Assembly: GCA_964496415.1 (NCBI GenBank)
Contig: CAZBZN010000012.1
Location: 1-19,574, forward strand
Reading direction: 5' to 3'
Length of the DNA stretch: 19,574 nucleotides
From: Candidatus Micrarchaeota archaeon
Lineage (GTDB): Archaea; B1Sed10-29; JAJRYS01
Below are positions 7,479 through 15,709 of the stretch, in pieces. Position 1 is the stretch's first letter, and each line of letters opens with the position of its first letter. The notes under the pieces were generated by a model, which was given only the letters and a program-made list of their open reading frames with translations, was not told the origin of the DNA and made no database searches. Both the position numbers and the translations under genes were made by a program.

Positions 7479-8222
7479 TCACTTAACGCATACATACTGG
7501 TAAAAAACAGCATTAGGATCAAAGCCTTTTTTAAGGTCAGAGTATTGCTCTACTTCACTGAAGCCAGTATTTTTAAGAAGCTTCAAGAGTTCTCCTTTCT
7601 TGAAAGCATAATAGCGCTCCTTATAACTAGGCTTGTCGCCAATAGAAGTAATAAGACTGTCTTCCCTTAAAAAATTAATCTTTACTCTTACCGAGGAGTT
7701 ATAATAGCATGATTTTCTATTTATAAGGGACACATCTGGATTTTTCTTCAACAACTCGTAGTTTCTCTCATCAATTACAAGAACCCCCTCTTTTTTAAGT
7801 AAGGTGTAAAAATTCCTAACAGCTTTTTCCTGAGCTTCTTTGTTAAGGAGGTAAGTAAGTGAATTTCCTAAACACAGCACGGCGTCAAAGCTTTCTTTTT
7901 CAAACCTCTTGTCAAACTCAAGCCAGTTAAACCCAGTAACCTTCACTTCTGCCTTCTTGTTCTTAAGGAAGCCTTTCATCCTTTCACGTAAGAAAGGATT
8001 AAGTTCGTTAGCAACAACTTCATAGCCTTCATGATACAAGCAAGCTGCTTCAAAGCCAATGCCTGCAGCAGCATCAAGAACTCTCTTACATTTGTGTTCT
8101 TTTAAGATCCTACTTATGAACGGAACTAGTTGATTTTGCCTAGACTCATAATCCACGTAATGAATCCATACTTCTGCCATTGATTTCAGGTTCTCTATTG
8201 AATCAGCATATCCTTGATCCAT
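7479..8222 (-). CDS. Class I SAM-dependent methyltransferase, glycine/sarcosine N-methyltransferase-like
   Basis: RVLDAAAGIG (motif I), FDAVLCLGNS, GVLVIDERNY. GGTGA SD upstream. Confidence 0.8.
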   Translation of the reverse strand: MDQGYADSIENLKSMAEVWIHYVDYESRQNQLVPFISRILKEHKCKRVLDAAAGIGFEAACLYHEGYEVVANELNPFLRERMKGFLKNKKAEVKVTGFNWLEFDKRFEKESFDAVLCLGNSLTYLLNKEAQEKAVRNFYTLLKKEGVLVIDERNYELLKKNPDVSLINRKSCYYNSSVRVKINFLREDSLITSIGDKPSYKERYYAFKKGELLKLLKNTGFSEVEQYSDLKKGFDPNAVFYQYVCVK

Positions 8223-8248
8223 ACTCTTTCACCATCTTTTAAAGCAAA

Positions 8249-10660
8249 TCAAAAATGAAATATCTTTTTCTGCGCTGGGTCATCATCTGCGTTGTTTAGT
8301 CCTTCGAATATCGGCTCGCCGTATACTCCATCGTAGCCTGGTCTTATCTTGATTTTTCCTTCACGGTTCATTATTATTGCTTTTGCTATTTTTTCCTTGG
8401 TGTGTTTTCTTAGTTCTTCAAAGCTTGCTTTAAGAAGAACCGTCAGCTCTGAACCAAAAGCTGTTATTAGTTTTTCAGCCTCGTTCATGACTTTCTTAGA
8501 AGCAATGTTAGAATTCATTAAATGGCTTATTATTTCATGCAATGGCAGGAGTTTTTTGAAAGGAACTGCGTTTTCTGGGACAAATCCTTCTGGCCTGTCA
8601 GCAAGCTCTTCAACCCTATGTTCTACTCCTATGGTTAATGGTTTTCCGCATACTGGGCAAATCCCTCCAAGCTTTTCAGCTTCTTTAGGAGATAACACTA
8701 CCCCACATGCCCTATGACCATCATAATGGTACTTTCCATAAGCAGGGTCAACTTCTATAGTCATTTCTAACCCTTTCCTTGTCCTGATTGCTTTAATCAT
8801 TTCCTCATAAGACTTAACGTCAAAAATAGTTGCTTCTCTTCCAAGCCTCCAGGGATAAGGGGAATGAGCATCAGAAAAACTAACCAGAGTAATATTGTCT
8901 AATGCTGAAATCCTCCAATTCATTGCAGGGTCACTTGACAACCCAGTCTCTATTGCATGAACATATTTTGTTTTTTCCTGGAATGCTTCTTCAAGAGAAT
9001 CGAAACCGCTTTTTGAACCAAATATCCCGAACCATGGGGTCCAGCAATTATGAACTGCTCCAACATTAACAACATAAGAATGGTCTTTTTCAACCTCTAG
9101 ATTAAATACTTTGCCCTTGTATTTTTTTTTGTTAATCTTTCTTATAGGAAGATAAACATAAAATTCATCAATCCAACCATGCCTTGTTCTTCTTTTTGTC
9201 TTAAACTTCTTAAATGCTTTGTCTGATAACAAGTTAAACTTGTCTTCGAAAAAAGAAAGATTTGAAAACACATATAAATCATGATTCGCTTTAATTTTCC
9301 TACCTTTGATAAAATGTTCTCCTCTTTTATTGTATTCTTCAACTGAATCAACCGCTATTGAAGGGATTATTCCTAACCTAAAGCAAATTTGTTTCATCTG
9401 TTCTTTAATGAACGGTGAAACAGTATAACCAGCATCACCCCTCCACCAACCTCTTAATATCTCTGCTTGTTTTTCAAAAGGCAAGTACAAAGTAAACTCT
9501 GGTAATGACTTTGTAAAAGCATTTTTCTCTTTAGAAGAATAACAAAAGCCCTCAATGAAATGCATCAAATCCTTGGAATAAAAGATAAATTCAATATTTC
9601 CCTTGTCTTTATGAACTTCTTTTGGCTTAAGCCTAAACAACTCATAGGCTATGTCTTTAACGTCATCTGCGTATTCTTGTTCATTCTCATTAAAAGCAAA
9701 ACCAATCCCATCTCTTTTATTAGAATAGCCTTCTGCAAGGTAATAACCAATGAACCTCCAGAAATCCTTATCTGCTTTGACTTTGCCAAACTTACCCTTT
9801 TTAGAATAATTATTACCAACAAAAACATACTTAACATCTTTAACCTTCGTAAAACGAGGATAAAGCAATACATCTCCCACTTCCAAGTCCTTAGCAAGAA
9901 CCCATTCAGGAGAGTAATCTTCAAAATACTTCCTCTTACAAAAATCAACCTGTGAACAAATAGGGCGGCAGGTTCCTTTAGTCCAAGAACATCTTTTAAT
10001 TGATTTAATAGCATAAAAAGGATGTTCTGGAGTACAAGTTACTCCTTCTCTCATATACCATGGAATGATTTCATAAACTATTCCAGAATAATTTCTACTG
10101 AAAACTCCAGTAACTTTTCTAAAAATTCCTTTATGAGTAAGAACCTTGTCTCCTTTTGAGAGGTCGCAGATCTTCTTAGAACCAAAATTACAAACTACTC
10201 TTTCACTTGGCAAAAAACAATGTGCAGGTATCACTTCCACATCTTTTGAGGTTTCGAGAACCAAATCCATTAACTCAAGAAGTGTTCTTCCAAATATTGG
10301 TCTGCCGTCATAGTCTCTTCTTCCCCATTTGTCAAATCCTTCATTAAGCTGGTCAACTGTTTCAAAGTCAGGCGCTATCAATAATACATGCACTTTTCTT
10401 TGTTTTCCTCCTTGTGAGTACATTAAAGAAATCTCGCTTGTTAAGGAAAACAGCATACCGTTGTACTCGTAAAATCCTTCTTGAGTTCTGGAAAGTTTTG
10501 CTTTTAATTCTTCTAAGTGCTTTGGATGAGTAAAATCACCTGTGCCAAGAAGGTTTACTCCTTTTACTTTTGCTGCTTTTGAAAGATAGTCAATTGTCAT
10601 CTTTTCAGAAGTAGCTCTTGAGTACTTGCTATGCAAGTGAAGGTCAGCTATCAAACGCAT
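8249..10660 (-). CDS. endoQ: Endonuclease Q family (PHP domain + Zn finger) precursor containing an intein; 412 aa after splicing
   Basis: ADLHLHSKYSRATS, GTGDFTHP, DGRP, IPAH|CWTPW, ETGLSSDP.MNWR, SDAHS, GKYHYDGHRAC...CPVCGKPLTIGV, PGYDGVYG. C-terminal PIP-box-like QKKIFHF. Confidence 0.9.
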   Translation of the reverse strand: MRLIADLHLHSKYSRATSEKMTIDYLSKAAKVKGVNLLGTGDFTHPKHLEELKAKLSRTQEGFYEYNGMLFSLTSEISLMYSQGGKQRKVHVLLIAPDFETVDQLNEGFDKWGRRDYDGRPIFGRTLLELMDLVLETSKDVEVIPAHCFLPSERVVCNFGSKKICDLSKGDKVLTHKGIFRKVTGVFSRNYSGIVYEIIPWYMREGVTCTPEHPFYAIKSIKRCSWTKGTCRPICSQVDFCKRKYFEDYSPEWVLAKDLEVGDVLLYPRFTKVKDVKYVFVGNNYSKKGKFGKVKADKDFWRFIGYYLAEGYSNKRDGIGFAFNENEQEYADDVKDIAYELFRLKPKEVHKDKGNIEFIFYSKDLMHFIEGFCYSSKEKNAFTKSLPEFTLYLPFEKQAEILRGWWRGDAGYTVSPFIKEQMKQICFRLGIIPSIAVDSVEEYNKRGEHFIKGRKIKANHDLYVFSNLSFFEDKFNLLSDKAFKKFKTKRRTRHGWIDEFYVYLPIRKINKKKYKGKVFNLEVEKDHSYVVNVGAVHNCWTPWFGIFGSKSGFDSLEEAFQEKTKYVHAIETGLSSDPAMNWRISALDNITLVSFSDAHSPYPWRLGREATIFDVKSYEEMIKAIRTRKGLEMTIEVDPAYGKYHYDGHRACGVVLSPKEAEKLGGICPVCGKPLTIGVEHRVEELADRPEGFVPENAVPFKKLLPLHEIISHLMNSNIASKKVMNEAEKLITAFGSELTVLLKASFEELRKHTKEKIAKAIIMNREGKIKIRPGYDGVYGEPIFEGLNNADDDPAQKKIFHF
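9047..10219 (-). mobile_element. Intein (391 aa) with LAGLIDADG homing endonuclease domain
   Basis: Begins CFLPSERV; block B TPEHPF; ends VFNLEVEKDHSY...VHN followed by +1 Cys. LAGLIDADG-like FIGYYLAEG (9728-9754) and ILRGWWRGDAG (9428-9460). Removing it restores IPAHCWTPW. Confidence 0.93.
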
Positions 10661-10666
10661 GACTAC

Positions 10667-11431
10667 TCATCTTATATAAGTTAAAGGCTCATGAGAAGGT
10701 GGCTTTGGTATGGTTGCTTGCTGTGTTTTTTGGACTTCTTCTATTCTTTTTATCATTTTTTCTATTTCTTTTGCTTTTTCATCAAGTTCTTTAAAACTAA
10801 TTTTTAAACCAAGATAACTTGTTAAAACTTTTAGCACGCTTGAAGCTGCCTTTGGGTCAACGTAACTTCCATGAGTCTCACCCATCAAGCATACTCCTGG
10901 AATACCTCTTAAAGCGCCAATGCCTATTAGTAACCCTGCTGCTCCTATGATGTCACCGCCGACTTTCCCGAACAAAGCACCATGCTTTGAAAAAGTCTTT
11001 ATTAATGACTTGTCAGTTGCTGCTCCAAAAACTCTTGGTTTTTTAGGAATTCCCCTAACACCATAACCTCCAAGAGTTATTATCATGCTCGTGTTGTTTT
11101 TTCTAGCAAACTCTATAATGTCCCCGCATACCGAATACTGCCACTCTATAGTAGCAGCTTGGTCATCCCCAAGTAAAATGATTAAGTCTTTCTTTTTTTG
11201 TTTTGAATAATAAAACTCAGCCTTATGCATTGAAACAGTTCCGTCTGGAAGGATTTTCACTTGAGGAGGAAAACCAGGAGAGTAAAACTCAGCAAACTTC
11301 ACTGCTTTTAATTGTTTTACCAAATGCTCTGCAGCAAGTCTTCCTACTAAACCAAAGCCAGGAAGGCCTTCAATAAGAACAGGCTTTTTAAGCCTTGGCT
11401 TTTTTAATAATTTTATTTCATTTTTAATCAT
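10667..11431 (-). CDS. PAC2-family proteasome assembly chaperone homolog
   Basis: LIEGLPGFGLVG, ITLGGY, IIGAAGLL, CLMGET, DPKAA, C-terminal YIR; usual position downstream of nop10. Confidence 0.92.
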   Translation of the reverse strand: MIKNEIKLLKKPRLKKPVLIEGLPGFGLVGRLAAEHLVKQLKAVKFAEFYSPGFPPQVKILPDGTVSMHKAEFYYSKQKKKDLIILLGDDQAATIEWQYSVCGDIIEFARKNNTSMIITLGGYGVRGIPKKPRVFGAATDKSLIKTFSKHGALFGKVGGDIIGAAGLLIGIGALRGIPGVCLMGETHGSYVDPKAASSVLKVLTSYLGLKISFKELDEKAKEIEKMIKRIEEVQKTQQATIPKPPSHEPLTYIR

Positions 11432-11596
11432 TCAAACACCGTAAAGTGCTTTTCTTCTCTCACGCCCGTGTTTGTCTTCAGGAGAATACTTAAGTGGTTC
11501 TGGATTAAAAGTTTTCGCCCCGCATACATGACATGACTCATCAAGAGTATAATGCCCATTCACGCATTTAAGTATCTTAATTTTTTTCTCTTTCAA
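11432..11596 (-). CDS. nop10: H/ACA RNP protein Nop10
   Basis: Not in the ORF track. Hand translation (TTG start at 11596 or 11602): MKEKKIKILKCVNGHYTLDESCHVCGAKTFNPEPLKYSPEDKHGRERRKALYGV. YTL..C..CG and P.KYSPED motifs; conserved synteny. Confidence 0.9.
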   Translation of the reverse strand: MKEKKIKILKCVNGHYTLDESCHVCGAKTFNPEPLKYSPEDKHGRERRKALYGV

Positions 11597-12356
11597 ACTC
11601 AAACTCTCCTCCAGCTTTAGTTATTTCCTTTTCAATAACCTGAAGAGCTTTTTTAAGAATTAACTCTGCTTCTTTATAGTCATAAGCCTTACATTTTATC
11701 TTATACCTTGGCGCTGAAACATATTCTATTTCAGCTCCTTCTTTTACAGCTTTCTCTAAAGCTTTTTTTATCACTTCTATGCCGTCAGGAGCAAGAACCC
11801 TTATCTTCATCACTCCTTTTACTACTACTTGCTGAGGAGTTATGCTCTCCTTAGCAACCTTTACTATCTCTTTCTTCCATTTTTCAGGAAGTTTTATTCC
11901 TTTAAGTGCTTCTTCTCCTTTAATGCTTGCTGTCTCAAAACCAGAAAACACGTCATAAAACTTCCTTTCAAAAGCCTCTGTGATCTTTTCAAGCATTTCT
12001 TCATAATCTTCCTTAAGACTCTTGCTTATTCTCTCAATAAGTTTTTCTGCTTTTTTCTGCCTCTTCCACTCTTCGTTTTTCCTCTTCTCTTGGTTTTTTG
12101 AAACATCCCTAAAGGAGATGTCGATAGTTCCTTTTCTTGGGTCAACTGATTTTACTTTCCCAACTTTCATCTGTCCTTCAGACAACACGCTTCTGATGTT
12201 CTTAACCCATGAAGAAGAAATCTGAGAAATGTGAACAAACCCTTCTTTTCCAGGGTACTCTAAAAGATCAACAATAGCCCCATAATTAGTAATCCTTTTA
12301 ACTTTGGTTATTACCAATTCTCCTCTTTCAGGCCATTCTTCTTTCTTCAAAAACAC
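11577..12356 (-). CDS. eif2a: Translation initiation factor aIF-2 alpha subunit
   Basis: S1 domain WPERGELVI...YGA...L.EY..KEGFVHIS.ISS.WVKNI; KG.IDIS; PDGIEVIK; Y.SAPRY. Confidence 0.95.
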   Translation of the reverse strand: MFLKKEEWPERGELVITKVKRITNYGAIVDLLEYPGKEGFVHISQISSSWVKNIRSVLSEGQMKVGKVKSVDPRKGTIDISFRDVSKNQEKRKNEEWKRQKKAEKLIERISKSLKEDYEEMLEKITEAFERKFYDVFSGFETASIKGEEALKGIKLPEKWKKEIVKVAKESITPQQVVVKGVMKIRVLAPDGIEVIKKALEKAVKEGAEIEYVSAPRYKIKCKAYDYKEAELILKKALQVIEKEITKAGGEFEFEREKN

Positions 12357-12521
12357 TCACTCCAAAAAACTGAACTTCTTTGCAAGGATTTTTGCTTTTC
12401 CTCCTGTTGGTTCAGCTAGTTTCTTCCCACAGACTAAACAATAAACTTCACTTGCTGCGTGACTAAAGACAATCTGTTCTGAACCGCAATCATCACAAAC
12501 TACCTTCAAAAACCTTGACAT
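12357..12521 (-). CDS. rps27e: 30S ribosomal protein S27e
   Basis: Not in the ORF track. Hand translation: [62 protein letters not shown] upstream. Confidence 0.95.
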   Translation of the reverse strand: MSRFLKVVCDDCGSEQIVFSHAASEVYCLVCGKKLAEPTGGKAKILAKKFSFLE

Positions 12522-12532
12522 GCCATCACCTG

Positions 12533-12826
12533 CTAACTCTTCTTTATCTCAACAGCTTTCTTTAAATCAACCAAAGACCTCTGCTGAATCTTATTACACT
12601 CAGTGCATTGCAAGAGCAAGACGCTCTTATGAGTCTGCTTTACAGGATTTGCTTTAGCACCTACTTTACTCGTGTACCCTTTTGCTTTTTTCAAGTGTCT
12701 TTGCTGTCCTGCTGAAAGAGTTCTCTTTTTAGCAGGTGACTTCTGCATCTTCACTTTAGTTACTTTATGAACAGTGTGCTTTCTGCACTTAGGACAGTAA
12801 GTTTTTATCTCTTTAGGAACTTTCAT
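12533..12826 (-). CDS. rpl44e: 50S ribosomal protein L44e
   Basis: [22 protein letters not shown]...LQCTEC. SD GAGGTG at 12833-12838 supports ATG 12826. Confidence 0.93.
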   Translation of the reverse strand: MKVPKEIKTYCPKCRKHTVHKVTKVKMQKSPAKKRTLSAGQQRHLKKAKGYTSKVGAKANPVKQTHKSVLLLQCTECNKIQQRSLVDLKKAVEIKKS

Positions 12827-12836
12827 CTCATGCACC

Positions 12837-13412
12837 TCAAATTATTTCAACAAACTGTTTTTCAGCAAGAATTTGGGCTTCTTTTTCAGGAAGCCTTACA
12901 ATGTCATTAGCTTTAAACGGACCAAGTTCCTTCAAGTCTGAAGAAACAAACTTTGGAATGTCTTTCAATATTCTCACAAGCACAGTATTTAAAACTTCTC
13001 CTTCATTTATTGCCTTAACTTTTTCCATTGCCTCTTCTTTTTCTTCAACCAAAACCTTGCCTTCAGCAAACTGTGAAAAAACTTTACGGTACTCTGAAAT
13101 CATTTCTAAAAGGTCATTGAAAAACTTCTTCTCAAACCCTACTAAATTAGAGTCATCAATTTCATTGTTTTTCACACTTCTAAGTGCTTTAAGAAGAATT
13201 TTCTGTTCTCTTCTTTCAAAGACTTCTTCCAAAGCCCTTTTAGCATTGTTGTAAAGCCTTAAATCCTCTTCTCTTCCAGAAGCCTCGTAATTCTTCTTAA
13301 GTTTTAAAACTAAAGCATTTGCTTGCTCATAAAAATTCTCAGGAAGCTCAACCAATTTTAAAACATCATTTCTTTCAAGCCTTTGAAACTTTCTTAGATC
13401 CTCATATTCCAT
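12837..13412 (-). CDS. GINS complex subunit (Gins51/Gins15 type)
   Basis: L...ER....L..LP.NFY...FERREQKI helical A domain, then VRILKDIP.FV..D....GPF...DIV.LP...A.IL B domain; sits between priS and rpl44e. Confidence 0.88.
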   Translation of the reverse strand: MEYEDLRKFQRLERNDVLKLVELPENFYEQANALVLKLKKNYEASGREEDLRLYNNAKRALEEVFERREQKILLKALRSVKNNEIDDSNLVGFEKKFFNDLLEMISEYRKVFSQFAEGKVLVEEKEEAMEKVKAINEGEVLNTVLVRILKDIPKFVSSDLKELGPFKANDIVRLPEKEAQILAEKQFVEII

Positions 13413-13445
13413 GCTTTAGTTTCTGTAATTCATTCTTTTTATTAT

Positions 13446-14483
13446 TTATTCAAGAACTTCAACAGCTTTCTTACATGCTAAAAACATCGCAGCATATTCT
13501 GGAAGCTCCTTAACTTCTTCTTTTCTAAAAGGACCAAAACACTGGTCTTTCAAACAAAACTCAGAAACATCTGCCAAAAACTTAACTTTTACCGGTGGGT
13601 TAAAGAAAACCACTGCATGCTTGAACGGGTTAAAAGAATCAAGGTTCTTTACAAAAGTACAAAGCAAAGAAGAACCCCCATGAATTGTTGAAGGAATCCT
13701 TATAAGTCTTGAAAGGTCAAGAGTGACACTCTGGTCAACATCAGCAGCAAGTCTTGCTTTTCTTTTAACCACATTCTTCTCAATGAGCCCCTCCAAGCCC
13801 TTAAAAAAAGAATAATTGCCTTGGCTGATCAGCTTTACTGCTTTTTCCCTGTCAGCAAAAGCCTTTGAATTACTTGTTTTTGCAATCTCTAAAGCCGTGC
13901 GTGCAATTCTCCCATACCATCCAGGAGAATCAGGAGTAGGATTCTGTTTTAAAATATACCTCACGTTAAGCTTGTTTCCTTGAACATAATCAACCATCTC
14001 CCTTCTTGCCTTAGAGTTTAAATGCCTTACAGCTTCAGAAAAAACATAAATATGATAACCACGATTACCACTGAAACTAACCTTAAGCTCTTTCTCATCA
14101 AAGCCAAAATCAGGAATAAGAAACTCTTCAATCAACTTTATAGCATCCTGCTTTGTTTTTTCCAAACAATCCTCACAAGTTAAAGTGTTATGATTGCATT
14201 CAGCATCAAACTCGAACACCAAATCAGAGCCAAGAAAACCTTTAGCTTCCATCGGCTTTTTTGAAGGAAACTCATAATAAGCAGTTGAAAAACTAGCATA
14301 AAGAGGAGCCTTGTCCACAAAAAACCTATTAAGCTCTTCTTCTGTCTTAAAACTAACATGCCTGTAATCTATTTTTTTATCATCACCAAAACCAAACTCT
14401 CTTCTTTTAAAATCAGGAGGAGCCTCAACTCCTTTCCTTAAATAATACTCCTTAAGCTTTTCTTTTATAAACTTTAAACTCAT
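13446..14483 (-). CDS. priS: DNA primase small (catalytic) subunit
   Basis: RREFGF, S.AYY..P, DLVFEFD, Zn knuckle CNH....CEDC, SGNRGYH, D..VTLDLSRLIRIPSTIHG. Confidence 0.94.
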   Translation of the reverse strand: MSLKFIKEKLKEYYLRKGVEAPPDFKRREFGFGDDKKIDYRHVSFKTEEELNRFFVDKAPLYASFSTAYYEFPSKKPMEAKGFLGSDLVFEFDAECNHNTLTCEDCLEKTKQDAIKLIEEFLIPDFGFDEKELKVSFSGNRGYHIYVFSEAVRHLNSKARREMVDYVQGNKLNVRYILKQNPTPDSPGWYGRIARTALEIAKTSNSKAFADREKAVKLISQGNYSFFKGLEGLIEKNVVKRKARLAADVDQSVTLDLSRLIRIPSTIHGGSSLLCTFVKNLDSFNPFKHAVVFFNPPVKVKFLADVSEFCLKDQCFGPFRKEEVKELPEYAAMFLACKKAVEVLE

Positions 14484-15466
14484 TTCTTCACCTTCTCCGA
14501 CTTCCTTCTCTTATAATAAGTCAACGGGTTCTTCCAAAGGCAAGTCTCGTCATTATAACACAAACCATAAGACTGAATCTTTGAACAAGAAGGAACCCTA
14601 TACTTTGTTCCTGTCTTTTCCCCATAAGCATGCTCTAAATAATACCTTGTTTTTTTCTCATTAAAGTTAGGCTGGTCCCTGAAAAAATCAACAGCCCTCT
14701 CTAAAGGCATGTTAATACTTGCAAAAAAAGTAGCTAAAACAAACCTTGAAGTATGATCTACTTTCTCACCTGACTTAAGCCTTGAAATTATTCTTTTAAT
14801 GCAAGGAGGAAAAGCAGTAGCTTCAACAGGGCCTAACTCTTCAAACAAGTCAACAGCAGAAGCCCTTTTCTTAAACAATTCTTCAGCAGTCTTAATTATT
14901 GACTCTGGAAGCTCGCTTTTCTGAACTGAAAAACCAGCCAGCTGATTATAAAAAGCAGACTTAACAAGTTTAGCAAGCTTAAACTTATCCAAAAAAACAA
15001 AGCCCTTAGAAAGCATTACATTAACCAACTTAAACTCATCACCAAAAGGAACATTGTTAGCATAATCCTGAAACCTAACCAAGAAAAAACCATCCTTGCT
15101 TTCCACTGGAAACAAAGAACGAGATACTTCTAATAACTCTTCTTCACTGCCAGTCTGAAGAAAATAGTAAACATCAGAAGACTCTGCCTCAGCAAACTTT
15201 TTAACAGCAAGCCGGTTATCACTTACTCCAACAAGCAGTTTTGCAAGAGCAAAAGAAACAACACTCTCAAACAAGACCTTATCACCTGCATTAGAAAGCA
15301 GCTTCAACCTCTCAACAGGCCTTGAAGCAGAATAAGTAAAAGCATCATTAACTCTTTCAACAGCTTTTTCAAGCAAAACTCCTGCTTCATCAAGTTTTAC
15401 TTCTCTTAGCAGTTCCTTAGCTTCTTTAGTAAAAGGATACTTGGCACAAAACAAAAGGTCAGGCAT
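14480..15466 (-). CDS. priL: DNA primase large subunit
   Basis: AKYPF..EAK at the N-terminus; FPPC, H..RF.LATF, P.FNE..TRY...H.YG, Y..PSC.....GLC....C..KNPL.YY (four Fe-S Cys). Start set to ATG 15466; 4-nt overlap with priS. Confidence 0.93.
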   Translation of the reverse strand: MPDLLFCAKYPFTKEAKELLREVKLDEAGVLLEKAVERVNDAFTYSASRPVERLKLLSNAGDKVLFESVVSFALAKLLVGVSDNRLAVKKFAEAESSDVYYFLQTGSEEELLEVSRSLFPVESKDGFFLVRFQDYANNVPFGDEFKLVNVMLSKGFVFLDKFKLAKLVKSAFYNQLAGFSVQKSELPESIIKTAEELFKKRASAVDLFEELGPVEATAFPPCIKRIISRLKSGEKVDHTSRFVLATFFASINMPLERAVDFFRDQPNFNEKKTRYYLEHAYGEKTGTKYRVPSCSKIQSYGLCYNDETCLWKNPLTYYKRRKSEKVKK

Positions 15467-15505
15467 GATAAGATTATGAAAAGAGAAAAATAAAAACAAA
15501 AGGGT

Positions 15506-15709
15506 TTAAGAAAAGTCCTCTGCAGGCACTAATTCAGAAGAATTAATTTCTTCAACACTGCTTAAAGCGTTTAAGTCCTGTTCCAAAGAACTTAAAGTCT
15601 GCTCGTTTACTTGCTCTGCCTGTCCTGCCTGCGCTGTGCTCTGATAATAATACAAAGCACCTGCTATTATTATCACTCCAATTATTAAACCAACCACTGC
15701 TTTATTCAT
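15506..15709 (-). CDS. Small N-terminally anchored membrane protein, hypothetical
   Basis: N-terminal TM helix and acidic tail; GGTGA SD; ATGA overlap with the upstream gene. Confidence 0.75.
   Translation of the reverse strand: MNKAVVGLIIGVIIIAGALYYYQSTAQAGQAEQVNEQTLSSLEQDLNALSSVEEINSSELVPAEDFS

Noticed and set aside
7479..10660. Nuclease plus methyltransferase as a restriction-modification or defence pair
   Set aside because: The methyltransferase lacks DPPY/NPPY or PC DNA-MTase motifs and looks like a small-molecule enzyme; EndoQ is a repair nuclease.
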